Shown here piece after piece: positions 49,075-59,619 of a DNA stretch of 64,000 nucleotides. The position numbers and the translations under genes are program-made. Numbering within the stretch: position 1 is the stretch's first letter; each line of letters opens with the position of its first letter. This DNA comes from Candidatus Moraniibacteriota bacterium (GTDB lineage: Bacteria; Patescibacteriota; Minisyncoccia; Moranbacterales; UBA1568), in NCBI GenBank assembly GCA_016699975.1, contig CP064994.1:711828-775827 (forward strand), given 5' to 3'. The notes below the pieces were generated by a model. That model saw only the letters and a program-made list of their open reading frames with translations. It did not search any database and was not told where the DNA came from.

Positions 49075-49838
49075 GCGTAAACTGGATCGGCATACGAAGC
49101 ATTTTTCTCAAAGAAATCGGCCGGTCGAAAGACGTGGCGATACAGGCATTCGTTTCTCCGGTGCTTTCAACCGTCCTCTACTTTTTGGTATTCGGAACCG
49201 CCATCGGCAATCGTCTCCCAGACCACTTTGGCGTTCCCTACTCGGCCTTCATTGTTCCGGGACTCATCTTGATGGCGCTTCTTATGAACTCTCTGATGGC
49301 CGCCTCAAGCGGCATTTACTTCCCGCGCTTCATCGGGACAATGAGCGATCTCCTCTCGGCGCCACTCTCCCTCTTCGAAATCACCTGTGGCTTCGCGCTC
49401 GCTGCTGCAGCTCGCGCGATCGCAATCGGCGCCACGATTTTTCTCGTCGCTTCACTCCTTACCACCGTTCCTGTCGTTCATCCCGTGCTCGCTCTCATTC
49501 TCTCTGTGCTCATCACCTTCTCCTTCGCGACTCTCGGACTCATCCTTGGCATCTGGGCAAAAGATTTCGAACAACTGAGCCTGGTTCCCACACTTATCCT
49601 CACGCCCCTCTCATTTCTCGGCGGAATTTTTTATTCAATCGAGATGCTCCCGGGCGCGTGCCGCACTCCAACACTTCTTAACCCCATCTACTACCTTGTG
49701 GACGGGCTTCGTTTCAGTTTCTTCGGTGTGTCGGACACGAATCCCTGGCTTTCCTTCGGCGTTGCTTTCGCGTTTCTCGCTTTTTGTCTTTTCTTTCTTT
49801 CGCTTCTCCTCCGAAAAGGCTACGGCATGCGGCAATAA
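49071..49838 (+). CDS. ABC-2 family transporter permease
   Basis: 255 aa with six TM helices. ATGA overlap with the ATPase gene. Confidence 0.75.
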   Translation: MSVNWIGIRSIFLKEIGRSKDVAIQAFVSPVLSTVLYFLVFGTAIGNRLPDHFGVPYSAFIVPGLILMALLMNSLMAASSGIYFPRFIGTMSDLLSAPLSLFEITCGFALAAAARAIAIGATIFLVASLLTTVPVVHPVLALILSVLITFSFATLGLILGIWAKDFEQLSLVPTLILTPLSFLGGIFYSIEMLPGACRTPTLLNPIYYLVDGLRFSFFGVSDTNPWLSFGVAFAFLAFCLFFLSLLLRKGYGMRQ

Positions 49839-49876
49839 ACAAAGGGGCCACTCAAAATCACGAGAGGAAAAAGAAT

Positions 49877-49907
49877 AAAGACGACCTCTTACAATGAGGT
49901 CGTCTTT
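49877..49907. terminator. bidirectional rho-independent terminator
   Basis: aaagacgacctc-ttacaat-gaggtcgtcttt is a perfect 12-bp stem. It is followed by TGTTGTTT on the plus strand and preceded by an A-run (a T-run on the minus strand). Located 39 bp after the permease stop. Confidence 0.55.
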
Positions 49908-50383
49908 GTTGTTTCAAAAGCAATTCCGGCGAGCATTTGCAGAATCTCTTTCTTCACAAGCGATTTTCTCTGTGCTCAGAAACTGAGTCGTCCCCTCAGT
50001 AATCAGAATACCTTAATTATCATTTAATTTTCCCAGATTGAACTTACTGCCGTATCGTTCAAATATTTTCTCAAGATCATGGAGCATATTTTGGAGTATC
50101 TGCATGAGACAAAGGAACAAAATCAACAAATCCGAGCGCTTCATACGATTCCAACTCCCTTCCAAATTCTCCGTCATCACACACTTTAATCAACTTCGAC
50201 ATTTGGCCCTGCCAACAAAGAACCTGCGCCTCCCAAAATAATTTTTGAAAAATCTTGAAGATTTTCTGGTCACAAAGAGTGAATAAATTTCACTTCACTG
50301 AAATAGAGGATTTTTATCCTTTTATTCTTGAAAGCTCAGACCAATTCGTGAAGAATTTTAAGAAATTTACCAACAAGAATTTC

Positions 50384-51202
50384 TCACTTTGTGAGCTCCT
50401 GCTCCTCGCGGGCAAAAACGCGATTTTCAATCGGCGCGTCACCAACAATTGCCCCGTCCATAAGAGAGAGCATGCGTTTCCCGTGACGCGCTGTCGTCGA
50501 TTCGTGCGTCACCAAAATAACAGTCTTGCCTTCATCGTTTAATTTTTGCAAAATCGCCATCACAGCAAGTCCTGATTTCGAATCGAGATTTCCCGTTGGC
50601 TCGTCGGCAAAAATAATATCCGGATTATTGACGAGTGCGCGCGCGATCGCGACTCTTTGCATCTCGCCACCAGACAACTGATTGGTAAAATACGAAGCGC
50701 GATGTTCCATTCCGACTGCAACCAAAGCTCGCATTACGCGATCGCGCGCTCGGCTTCCTCCCAAGGCGTTCCGAAAAATTCCAAGAGACGAAAGAAATGA
50801 ATGCCACCCGCTTTCTTCTGCCACTCCCCGAGACTCCCGACGCTTCGATTCGTACATATCATAGAGAAGCGGGAGTTCAACATTTTCGAAGACGCTCGTG
50901 CGCGGCAAAAGGTTGAAAGATTGGAAAACGAATCCTAAATTTTTATTGCGTATTTCGGCGAGACGATCCGATGAAAACGCATTCGTATCTTCTCCTCCCA
51001 AAAAATATGACCCCGCGGTGGGACGATCGAGAAGCCCAAGGAGATGCATCAGTGTCGACTTTCCCGAGCCCGACGGGCCCATAAGCGCCACAAATTCGCC
51101 CCGATCAATGGAAAACGTTGCCCCGCGAAGCGCGACCGTTTCCACCGCTTGGTCGGAGAGGTACGTTTTTCCGAGCGCGCGACAAACAATAAGTGGCGTC
51201 AT
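50384..51202 (-). CDS. ABC transporter ATP-binding protein (MacB/LolD-like) with an approximately 25-aa insertion before the signature motif
   Basis: Walker A GPSGSGKST, Q-loop, LSGGEMQRVAIARAL and Walker B IIFADEPT. An extra segment (ESGWHSFLSSLGIFRNALGGSRARDR) sits between the Q-loop and the signature. Confidence 0.85.
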   Translation of the reverse strand: MTPLIVCRALGKTYLSDQAVETVALRGATFSIDRGEFVALMGPSGSGKSTLMHLLGLLDRPTAGSYFLGGEDTNAFSSDRLAEIRNKNLGFVFQSFNLLPRTSVFENVELPLLYDMYESKRRESRGVAEESGWHSFLSSLGIFRNALGGSRARDRVMRALVAVGMEHRASYFTNQLSGGEMQRVAIARALVNNPDIIFADEPTGNLDSKSGLAVMAILQKLNDEGKTVILVTHESTTARHGKRMLSLMDGAIVGDAPIENRVFAREEQELTK

Positions 51203-51220
51203 ACCGTGAATCTTCCGGAA

Positions 51221-52575
51221 TTATCGCTTTTCTGCGTCGGAAATAATCGCATCGTTTTCCGACAAGCCGGAGAGAATCTCAATCATTCCATCGTCGCCGC
51301 GAAGCCCCGTCGTTACCATCCTTGTCTCGACGCGCGCATCAGGAAGAAGGACGCGAGCCTGCTTTGTCTCTCCCGATTCTTTCAGCAGGCGTTCGGGAAG
51401 GAGAAGCACGCCTCGCTTCTCAGAAATATGAATGTCGGCGTCTCCCGTCATTCCCGGCTTGAGACGTTCATCGCGGTTCGATAAGCGAAGTTTCGCTATA
51501 TAATAAACGACGTCTTGAATCACCGTAGCGTCTGGCTCCACGGAAATTACTTCGGCCAAAACGGTGTCGCCTTCCTCGAAGGCGTCGAAAGAAACCGTGG
51601 CGCCCATCCCAGAGCGCAGACGCGTTACATCCGACTCAGGAACTTTTACTTCAAGCAAGAGATCGTATGAAAGAAGTTTTCCGAAAGGGCTCGCGATCGA
51701 AGTGCCGACCACTTCGCCTTCCTCGTAATTCAGTTTCACAATTTTTCCATTTACCGGCGCGACGATTGCTGCTCGTTTTCCATTCTCAAGCGAAACAGCA
51801 TATGCGGCTTCCGCCGAACGAAGGGCGCTCGTTTCGAGTAAGCGTTGCCCCGACGAAGTGAGGGTTTCGACTTTCTCGCGCGCGGCACTCCACGCATTTT
51901 TCGCGGCAGTAACAGAGTTCTCACGATTTTTTTCGATTGTCTTGCGAGCTTCATCCGCCGATTTTCGGGCGTTTACTGCGGTCGTCAAGGTAAGCTTGGC
52001 ACTCCGCGATTCACTACTGTCTTCCCCTCGAGCATCCACCACTCCTTCATAATATTTTTTTGCGTCCGATTCGTAATCCTTGGCGTTTTGGTACGCAGCA
52101 TCCGCTGCCTTCCTCTCTTGATCTGCCGCACTCTTTACGGATTCGTAGTACAACTTCGCATCCTCTGCGCACGCGATGCTTCCCGCGTCGTTTCTTCACG
52201 GAGAAGCGACTCTGCTGAAGCGCGATCGACCGCCGCCTTTGCGCTCGCAATCTGTCCGTCGAAAGTTTTCGATTCGAGTCGCGCAACTGGCTCGCCCGCT
52301 GCCACATCCTCCCCAACTTTCACAGAAACGGAGGCAATACGGCCAGTCATTTCGAAATTGAGATCAATCTCTTGTTCCGCAACAAGAGTCGCACTCGCGG
52401 ACACCGTTTCACGAAGGTCTCCACGCACAACCTGAGTCGTTTCGTACGAAGGAGGGGCATTCACTCGACGAAAGTACCACCATGCCCCGGCGCCAACCAC
52501 AAGAAAAAATATGAGGATGACAATTCGCTTTTTTTTCATACAAAGAAAATTCGGGAAAGTTTTTGAGAGGAGCAT
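51221..52575 (-). CDS. HlyD/MacA-family periplasmic adaptor (split by a frameshift near 52135-52153)
   Basis: N-terminal ORF with a TM anchor and the start of the lipoyl/beta-barrel domain. C-terminal ORF with coiled-coil and beta-barrel domains (APVNGKIVKLNYEEGEVV...ARVETRMVTTGL). Confidence 0.7.
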
Positions 52576-52681
52576 TCAGCCATTCTTCAGTCGCCCGCAC
52601 CCGCGATGAGAAAAAACGGGATTCAGAGCCTGAAAGAAAGAGAACGACATGCACCAATTCCTTTTCCCCATCAAAAATTTT

Positions 52682-53179
52682 TCAAGCAGGAGAAGAAAGA
52701 GGAGCCGACTCTTCTTTGCCTCGAGCGGCATCAAGCGCCTCGTTTACCATGCGATCCGCCTCACGATTCTCTTCGCGACGAACATGGTGAAAACTGACCT
52801 CCTCAAACCAACGCTTCGCTCCAGTAATACGATCGAACCACTCTTTCATTCGTGGGTGTTTCACTCGGTAACGGCCGGTTAACTGCCGCATCGCAAGCTC
52901 GCTATCCATTCGACATTCGAGGTGAACGGCGCGAGCACGCTCATCTCCCACTTCCTGACGCACCCGATCCATGCCAGAAAAAATCGCAGCGTATTCGGCC
53001 TCATTGTTAGTGCCATGACCCAAGAACGTTCCGTAGCGGATATCCAATGTTTCAATAAAGACTCCAAGCGCCGAAGGTCCCGGATTTCCTCTCGAGCCTC
53101 CATCGGTATACATCACAATTTGTTCCATGCTCATGACGAGTTTCTTGAAAATTTCTCTCTCCTGTGTTTCCTCCTCCAT
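52682..53179 (-). CDS. rnhA: ribonuclease HI
   Basis: IVMYTDGGSRGNPGPSALGVFI, ...NNEAEYAA..., ...SELAMRQLTGRYRVKH... carry the RNase H DEDD residues. Confidence 0.85.
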   Translation of the reverse strand: MEEETQEREIFKKLVMSMEQIVMYTDGGSRGNPGPSALGVFIETLDIRYGTFLGHGTNNEAEYAAIFSGMDRVRQEVGDERARAVHLECRMDSELAMRQLTGRYRVKHPRMKEWFDRITGAKRWFEEVSFHHVRREENREADRMVNEALDAARGKEESAPLSSPA

Positions 53180-53295
53180 TCTGAAAAGAGTATACCACTC
53201 TTTTCATCTCAGGAAAAAGAAAACTGCCAGGACTTCTTTTGAAGTCATGGCAGTTAAATGATTTTGATTGAGGAATTGAGGCATGCCAAATCCTT

Positions 53296-53808
53296 CTAGA
53301 GTAGGTTCTGGGACTCAGCTGCAAGTCGAGCCCTATACTCAGCCTCACTGATGATTCCAAGGAGGAGACGGAACGACCAGCGAGTTTGCAAAGCTGTGTC
53401 TCCGGACAATTCGCCCTCGGAAGGAGGTCTTTGGTACATTCTTCCCAACAGATAGCAGTGAATATTCGTATGAAAAAGGATGCACTGAGCATAGATCCGG
53501 GCTTGTAAAAGTTGTTCTTCAGAAACTTGTTTCTGAAGAACTTTTATTACTTTTGCATGCCGTTTCATGAATGCAAAGGACCCCTCCTCATTGATAAGCC
53601 AAAACACTTCATTCTCTGCCAGGGTTCTCTCAGAAAGACCGTTTGCTCTCGCAAATCTCCCGATCGCGACATTCTGTCGAAAGAAAAGCACGAGGAGTAC
53701 AATAACAGCCCCTTCGAATTCTTTTATATCGTCAAGGAACCATTTTGAATCCTGTGATTCCAAAAATCCACTGACTCTCTTTTGAAAAATAGCAAAATGT
53801 CTATTCAC
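53296..53808 (-). CDS. hypothetical protein
   Basis: 170-aa ORF. No recognised motif. Confidence 0.35.
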   Translation of the reverse strand: MNRHFAIFQKRVSGFLESQDSKWFLDDIKEFEGAVIVLLVLFFRQNVAIGRFARANGLSERTLAENEVFWLINEEGSFAFMKRHAKVIKVLQKQVSEEQLLQARIYAQCILFHTNIHCYLLGRMYQRPPSEGELSGDTALQTRWSFRLLLGIISEAEYRARLAAESQNLL

Positions 53809-53956
53809 ATTGCCTCCTTAAACTCAGTCTTGCCTCTTTCGAAGTCAAGAAGACAACAAAAAAACGCTTCAACGAAACGCCTCTAAAAAAATATCAATCT
53901 TGGTGTTCGTTTCAGCAGCCGAATTGTAAAGGAACTCCTTTACAACTGACTCAATC

Positions 53957-55669
53957 CTATGTCTCCGACCGACAAATGTCAAGAAGCCTTAACTCAAGCT
54001 TTACGGAGCCATTCCAGTGATTCTCTTCCACTTCTCCTACCACGTCGATACTTTCTCCCGAAGAAAGTTTCCCCCATCTTTCTCCCAGGCCGAATCCAAT
54101 CGCCCCGAAAATTTTTCCATCACTTTCGAGTGAAAGTTTGAGGTGTTTTTCGCCGTTTCCGACGCAACGACTCTCTCGCACAGAAAGAGCGCGAAAAAGA
54201 AAAGTGGGTGTCTTGTTTCCCATGCCAAACGGCGCGAGCTTTTTTATATGTTCAAGAAATGCGAGGGTTATTTCTCGAGGCGAGAGTTCGAGATCAATGT
54301 CAAGCGTCGGTGTCATATCCGTTTCCGCCAGCTTCTGATTCACAATCGATTCGAGTTTTTCGTAAAACAAAACAAGGTTCTCGTTTCGAATCGTTGCGCC
54401 CGCTGCCTGCGCATGACCGCCGAATTTCTCAAGGAGTTCCGAGCACACACCAATTGCCTCAATGATATTAAGTGCGGGAATACTGCGAAACGATCCCGTG
54501 CTCTCGGTCTCGCCTTTCGCGAAGACAGCTGTTGGCTTCCCCAGCTCGTGAGCGATTTTCCCCGCGACAAGCCCCGCGACCCCAAGCGGGTAGTGCTCTC
54601 CTACTGCAAAGACAAGCTTTCGATCCTTGTAAAGATTTTCGGCGACAGCACGTACTTCATTTGCCAAGGCTTCACTCACTTTTTGCCGAGATCGGTTTTG
54701 GTTTTCGAGTTCAAGAGCGAGGAGACGCGCCTCGCTTCGCGATTCAGTCATCAAGAGTTCGTGTGCCGCTTTTGCATGAGCCATACGGCTCGCCGCGTTG
54801 ATCCGAGGTGCGATTTGAAACGCGATCATCTGGGCATCGGGGATCTGGTCTTCGTCAATGCGAATATTTCCCACCTGGAACATTTCCTGCAATCCCACGG
54901 ATCTCGTTTTCGACAAGACGATGAGTCCGTATTTTACGAGTATGCGATTTTCCCCGACAAGCGGCATACAGTCTGCTACCGTTCCGATCGCTACCACATC
55001 AAGAAGCCATTTGAGTTCTTCTGTTCTCTCCGGCAGAAAACGCGCAAAGAGAGCACGAGCAACCGTAAAAGCGGTTCCCGCACCACAGAGTTCGCGAAAC
55101 GGGTAATGAGAAGCAGGAAGCTTCGGATTGATAATCGCAAAAGCGGCCGGCAATTCTTCTGGGACGTGGTGATGGTCGATGACGACAACTTCCATGCCCC
55201 GTCGGTTCGCATCGGCAATTTCCGCATGGTTCATCATGCCGCAATCAACGGTGAAGACAAGTCGTATACCTTCGCGTTCAAAGACGTCGAGTGCATTTGG
55301 GTGGAGACCGTGGCCTTCGGTTGTTTTGTCGGGAATATAAGGAACAACCCGCAGAGAAAGTCGCTCGAGCGCACGCCGAAGTACGACCGAAGACGTAATA
55401 CCATCAGCATCATAGTCTCCAAAAATTCCGATCGTTTCACCATTTTCCCGCGCCTCGCCGACACGCGCAACCGCCTTCTCCATATCCGGAAACAGAAAGG
55501 GATCACCAAGATCGGTTTCGTACACGGGACACAAAAAAGCGCGGCGCTCCTCTTCGGTTTCCACGCCACGATTTTTGAGAAGAAGGGTAAGTATCGATTC
55601 TCCCGAAATATTTTCTTTTCTTTGGGGAGACGAAAGAAGATTCCAGCGACGATTCATGCAAAAAGACAT
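53957..55669 (-). CDS. recJ: single-stranded-DNA-specific exonuclease RecJ
   Basis: DHH motifs (GIFGDYDADGITS, VDCG, VVVIDHHH) and a DHHA1 domain. Confidence 0.9.
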   Translation of the reverse strand: MSFCMNRRWNLLSSPQRKENISGESILTLLLKNRGVETEEERRAFLCPVYETDLGDPFLFPDMEKAVARVGEARENGETIGIFGDYDADGITSSVVLRRALERLSLRVVPYIPDKTTEGHGLHPNALDVFEREGIRLVFTVDCGMMNHAEIADANRRGMEVVVIDHHHVPEELPAAFAIINPKLPASHYPFRELCGAGTAFTVARALFARFLPERTEELKWLLDVVAIGTVADCMPLVGENRILVKYGLIVLSKTRSVGLQEMFQVGNIRIDEDQIPDAQMIAFQIAPRINAASRMAHAKAAHELLMTESRSEARLLALELENQNRSRQKVSEALANEVRAVAENLYKDRKLVFAVGEHYPLGVAGLVAGKIAHELGKPTAVFAKGETESTGSFRSIPALNIIEAIGVCSELLEKFGGHAQAAGATIRNENLVLFYEKLESIVNQKLAETDMTPTLDIDLELSPREITLAFLEHIKKLAPFGMGNKTPTFLFRALSVRESRCVGNGEKHLKLSLESDGKIFGAIGFGLGERWGKLSSGESIDVVGEVEENHWNGSVKLELRLLDICRSET

Positions 55670-55694
55670 TCAAGCAAACACAGAGGAAAAACAA

Positions 55695-56249
55695 TTACGG
55701 TATGCAAATCAGTTCTGCCTCGAAGAGGCGTGTGGAAGCATCTTTGAGTCGCATGCGAAGCACAAATTGCTTCCCATCATTTTCGGAACACGAGAAATTC
55801 GATGGGAGGCGCATGTCCGATGCGAGCCGCTGCGCATCAAGCGACCACGGATCAAACGCAATCCGATACTCCATTTCAGCAACCAGAGAACGAAGACGAG
55901 CCACAACTTCGTTGGGCGTCACCACGTCGCGGACAATAAAATCGTTCACACCCATTTCTCTGGCGCGCTTTTGGTCTTCCTGGCGACCCAAGTGAGAACT
56001 AAACGCGATTGGAAGAGAAGCCGTCGTCACATTTTTTCGAAGCGCCTCTGTCAAAGCGAAGCCATCCATTCTCGGCATGATAATTCCGGTAAAGACGATG
56101 TCGGGCCGATTGGCGGTAGCAAGTTCCAGCCCTTCAAGTCCATCTTTGGCTTCGGTAACCTCAAATCCCGCCCCTCGAAACACTTCCGCATAGAGGCTAC
56201 GCGTATCGGTATCGTCGTCGACCAAGAGAATTTTAAATACTTTATTCAT
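55695..56249 (-). CDS. orphan response regulator (CheY-like receiver plus C-terminal domain of unknown function)
   Basis: The receiver domain (KILLVDDDTDTRSLY...DIVFTGIIMPRMDGFAL...) has a phospho-acceptor Asp. An approximately 70-aa unknown tail follows. No histidine kinase is adjacent. Confidence 0.7.
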   Translation of the reverse strand: MNKVFKILLVDDDTDTRSLYAEVFRGAGFEVTEAKDGLEGLELATANRPDIVFTGIIMPRMDGFALTEALRKNVTTASLPIAFSSHLGRQEDQKRAREMGVNDFIVRDVVTPNEVVARLRSLVAEMEYRIAFDPWSLDAQRLASDMRLPSNFSCSENDGKQFVLRMRLKDASTRLFEAELICIP

Positions 56250-56329
56250 ACAATTTTCTGTAAAGAAAAGCCTTTCGAGCAAAAGTATAGCAGGAAAGAG
56301 AAGAAAGGAGAATGAGAGAACTGCGAGAC

Positions 56330-57334
56330 TCATTTTTGTTCGACATTTCTCCTCACAAACGTAAGAAAAGTAAGCGCAAGGAGCGCTGCTGAGAGAAATG
56401 AAATTGTTTTCCCGAACGGATTTGTAAGGAGCGCCACAATACCGATGAGTGCCGTGACGCTCGCGTACGAGAAAACGATTCGGCGATCCGACCACCCAAG
56501 CTCGCGCAAACGGTAGTGAAGATGCCGAAAGTCTCCCCCCAAAAAAGGGGATCGTCCCGAGCGAAGCCGCTCCACAATGACAGAGAGCGCATCGAGAACG
56601 GGCAGAAGAAGCGTGAGAAGTGCCGTCGCAATTTTCGTTCCGGACAAAACAGCAAAGGAAGCGAGCGTAAACCCGAGAAAGAACGAGCCCGCCGTGCCGG
56701 AAAATATTTTGGCCGGAGGAGCGTTAAAGAGAAGGAGTCCCGATACCGATCCCAAAAGTGCCATCGTAAGAATGCCAAGGGGCGGTTGGTTCACTTCCGG
56801 AAAGAGCGAGAGCACGAAGAGAATGAGCGAAGAAACGAGAGCAATACTCGGCAAGAGACCATCAATTCCGTCCGACCAGTTGAGAACATTCATAAGAAGT
56901 ATGACCCAGAGAAAAAGAATGATTCCCCCGAGAACTGCTCCCCCCGGGAGCGTATCAAAAAACACCGAGCCCACAAACGGAACAGGGACAGAGTAGATAC
57001 GCATCCCTCCCCACCCGATGAGTGCGACGAGCGCGCTCTGAAACAAAAATTGCACTTTCCATCCGAAGCGAAACACATCGTCCGCGAGTCCGAAAAAAAG
57101 GATGGCGACACACCCCACCATCACGATTCCAAGTTCTCTCGACACAACCAAGTGCGGATCCCACAGGAGCGCCATCACAAATGCAGGAACGATCGCGGCG
57201 CCACCAAAGCGCTTCCAGAAAGAAGGCACCCTCTCACCAAAACGGGATCGCAGATATTCCAAGAGAAAAAGAATCGAAACACAAATGCAAAACGCCAAAA
57301 GAAATGGCGGAAGAAAAAGTGAAATGATGGACAT
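56330..57334 (-). CDS. UDP-HexNAc:undecaprenyl-phosphate HexNAc-1-phosphate transferase (WecA/MraY family)
   Basis: Eleven TM helices and the conserved NVLNWSDGIDGL motif of the MraY/WecA polyprenyl-phosphate sugar-1-phosphate transferases. Confidence 0.8.
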   Translation of the reverse strand: MSIISLFLPPFLLAFCICVSILFLLEYLRSRFGERVPSFWKRFGGAAIVPAFVMALLWDPHLVVSRELGIVMVGCVAILFFGLADDVFRFGWKVQFLFQSALVALIGWGGMRIYSVPVPFVGSVFFDTLPGGAVLGGIILFLWVILLMNVLNWSDGIDGLLPSIALVSSLILFVLSLFPEVNQPPLGILTMALLGSVSGLLLFNAPPAKIFSGTAGSFFLGFTLASFAVLSGTKIATALLTLLLPVLDALSVIVERLRSGRSPFLGGDFRHLHYRLRELGWSDRRIVFSYASVTALIGIVALLTNPFGKTISFLSAALLALTFLTFVRRNVEQK

Positions 57335-57556
57335 ACCAGACTCACAGAAAAAGACAGGTCAGACGAGAAACATAAGAACAGGCACGGTTATCTCACATAT
57401 CTCACACAGTCTCACATAGAATCTTCCAGAAGAGAGCGAAGACTCTTGGAAACACAGGGATGAAGCTCAAAAATTGTGGTGTTCCTCTGGTGAAAAAGGC
57501 GATGCTCGAAAACCAAACACCCTGAAACCCCCTTCAGGAAGAGTTCTTACTGAAAC

Positions 57557-57964
57557 CTAGTTCACCAGAATGAGCGCCGAAACCGCAATGAGCGCTGCGC
57601 CCTGCAGCAGAAATGCCGACAGGAGGAGAAGAAGCGCGGCAATCGTTTCTCCTTTTCGAAAAAAGGAAAAGGCGAGTACCCCATGAAGCATCAAGAAAAA
57701 AAGAGCGCTCGCAGGGAGGAGAAATGCCTGTTGCGCTCGTCCCGTGAGGTCGATGCCAAAATAAGCATTGTAGCGAAGCACAACCGTTTCATGTCCTGTC
57801 CCCAAAAAAAAGGCAACGAGTCCCCAAAGAAGAAGATTGAGACCTATCGAGAGCACGAGAAAAAGCGCGCGGCGCGTATCATGAACAAAAAGAGATCCCG
57901 AAGAAAGCGGTGTTTTTTTGGAAGCATCTCCATGAGGGGACACTGCTTCGGAATGCCGTTTCAT
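57557..57964 (-). CDS. hypothetical membrane protein
   Basis: 135 aa with four hydrophobic helices. Confidence 0.35.
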   Translation of the reverse strand: MKRHSEAVSPHGDASKKTPLSSGSLFVHDTRRALFLVLSIGLNLLLWGLVAFFLGTGHETVVLRYNAYFGIDLTGRAQQAFLLPASALFFLMLHGVLAFSFFRKGETIAALLLLLSAFLLQGAALIAVSALILVN

Positions 57965-59131
57965 ACAAGTCGCGCTTCTCTCGTTTCCCCACCCTCCTCT
58001 CCCACACTTTCCGCAGCCCTTGTCTCAAGCTCCATCTCTGGTGTTCCTTCAATGCGAGTTCTCGTAATTTGATCTTCCACTTTCCCGAGTCGTTTGTCGG
58101 CTTCTTCGTACTTTTTCGCGGCATTCGAAATGTGACTCCCCAGCGTATCGAATTCTTTCGAGAAACGCTCATACTCGCGCCCGAGCCGATCCAGATTCCC
58201 CAAAATACTTTTCGCACGTTTCTCGACTTGCATGCCCTGAAGTCCCAAAAGGAGCGTTCGCATATAGGCATAAAAAGAATTTGGAGACACGGGAACAATT
58301 TTCTTTCGAAAGAGGTAGTCGGCAAGTCCGTCCCCTTCATTGTCTTTCACGACGATCTCGTAGTAGACGTTTTCTGCGGGAATATACATGAGTGCAAAAT
58401 CAGCGTCCCTCTTCGGGAACGATATATTTGCGGGCGATCGCATCGACATGCCGACGCACGTCCATCGAGAACAATTTGCGAAATTGCTTCCGACTCTCGT
58501 CGGAATCAGCCTCTACCAATTTTCGAAAATTTTCGAGCGGAAATTTCGAATCAATGCTAATAATGCCGCCCTTCAAATGTATCGCGGCATCAACCGTTTC
58601 GCCATTCTTAAAAGCATACTGAATCGAGTAATATTCCCGTGGGAAAATCTGCGACAGCATATCTTCGAGCATGAGCTCTCCAAACCCGCCACGAATTTTT
58701 GGCGAGCGAAGAATATCCTGAAGCGACCGCACGTCTTTCCCGACCTCAAGAATTCGACTGCTTGAATGCTTCACTTCTTGAAGCGCGACTCCTACTTCTT
58801 CGCGAACGCGTCCCATTTCGCCGCGAACCTCGGTAAACGATTTCGCGGCTCCGTCGAGGCGTTGATCGAGGCGCGCGGTATTGTCTTCGAGGCGGCGATT
58901 CACGTGCTCCTGAAAATTCCCAAGCTGCTGCAAAAAAGCTGACGAAAATCGATGAATGTCTTCCGCACTCGCTCGCTGCATGGTTTCCATCCGCCGCGCA
59001 AGATCATCACGCATCAATTCGGTTTCTCGAGAAGCCTCTCCCTTCCCACCAAAAAAGCGGTCGAACAAAAGAAAGAGAAGGATACCGAGAGCGACGAGGA
59101 GCATTGTAATTTCAAAAGCGTTCATGAACAT
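57961..59131 (-). CDS. rmuC: DNA recombination protein RmuC (split by a frameshift near 58400-58449)
   Basis: N-terminal ORF with a TM anchor and coiled coil. C-terminal ORF with the RmuC nuclease-like domain (FALMYIPAENVYYE...VSPNSFYAYMRTLLLG). Confidence 0.75.
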
Positions 59132-59619
59132 GGTATAAAATTTTGAGAACGACTTCCACCTTCTTCGGAAGACACATCCTTCGACGTTTGCAAGAAGGAG
59201 TCACTTGTTTTGAGAAAGAGAGGAGATCAGGAAAAAGAGAGATGGGCGAATATTTTTCTTCGAGTTTATCCCGCAAAGCAGCATGAAGGATCGGGGAGAT
59301 GTTTCAAACGAGAGCGGTGAAACTCGAAGAAGAGAAGGAGGTTTCCGAGCGCGAAATACTGAGAAATGAAATGAACCAGAATTTTTAGTTATGAAGAATT
59401 TTTAAGGGAAACAGGTGTTATGTTCAAAACAATTTCCCAGAAACGATTCTGCCTCCTGACTCTTCGGAATATTTCTTCGTCCTTCCGACACCCCGAAAAT
59501 ACCTCTGCCGCTTTTCGATTCTACGATTTCACACACTTCCAGGAGACGCGCTTCTCGCGAAAGGCCCGAGGAGCAAAAAAGAAACCGAGAAAAAGACTGA
59601 AGAGAATGTCCACGATATT

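Noticed and set aside
53917-53938. ttgtaaagg-aact-cctttacaa hairpin downstream of recJ as a terminator
   Set aside because: It has a perfect 9-bp stem but no convincing U-tract on the recJ transcript (followed by UUCGGCUG). I left it unannotated.
54143-55747. 534-aa plus-strand ORF
   Set aside because: It is entirely antisense to recJ, which has unambiguous DHH/DHHA1 motifs. The composition is Arg/Ser-rich and nonsense-like.
56516-57322. 268-aa plus-strand Lys/Arg-rich ORF
   Set aside because: Antisense to the WecA/MraY-family gene. It has a low-complexity basic composition typical of reverse-strand reads of membrane protein genes.
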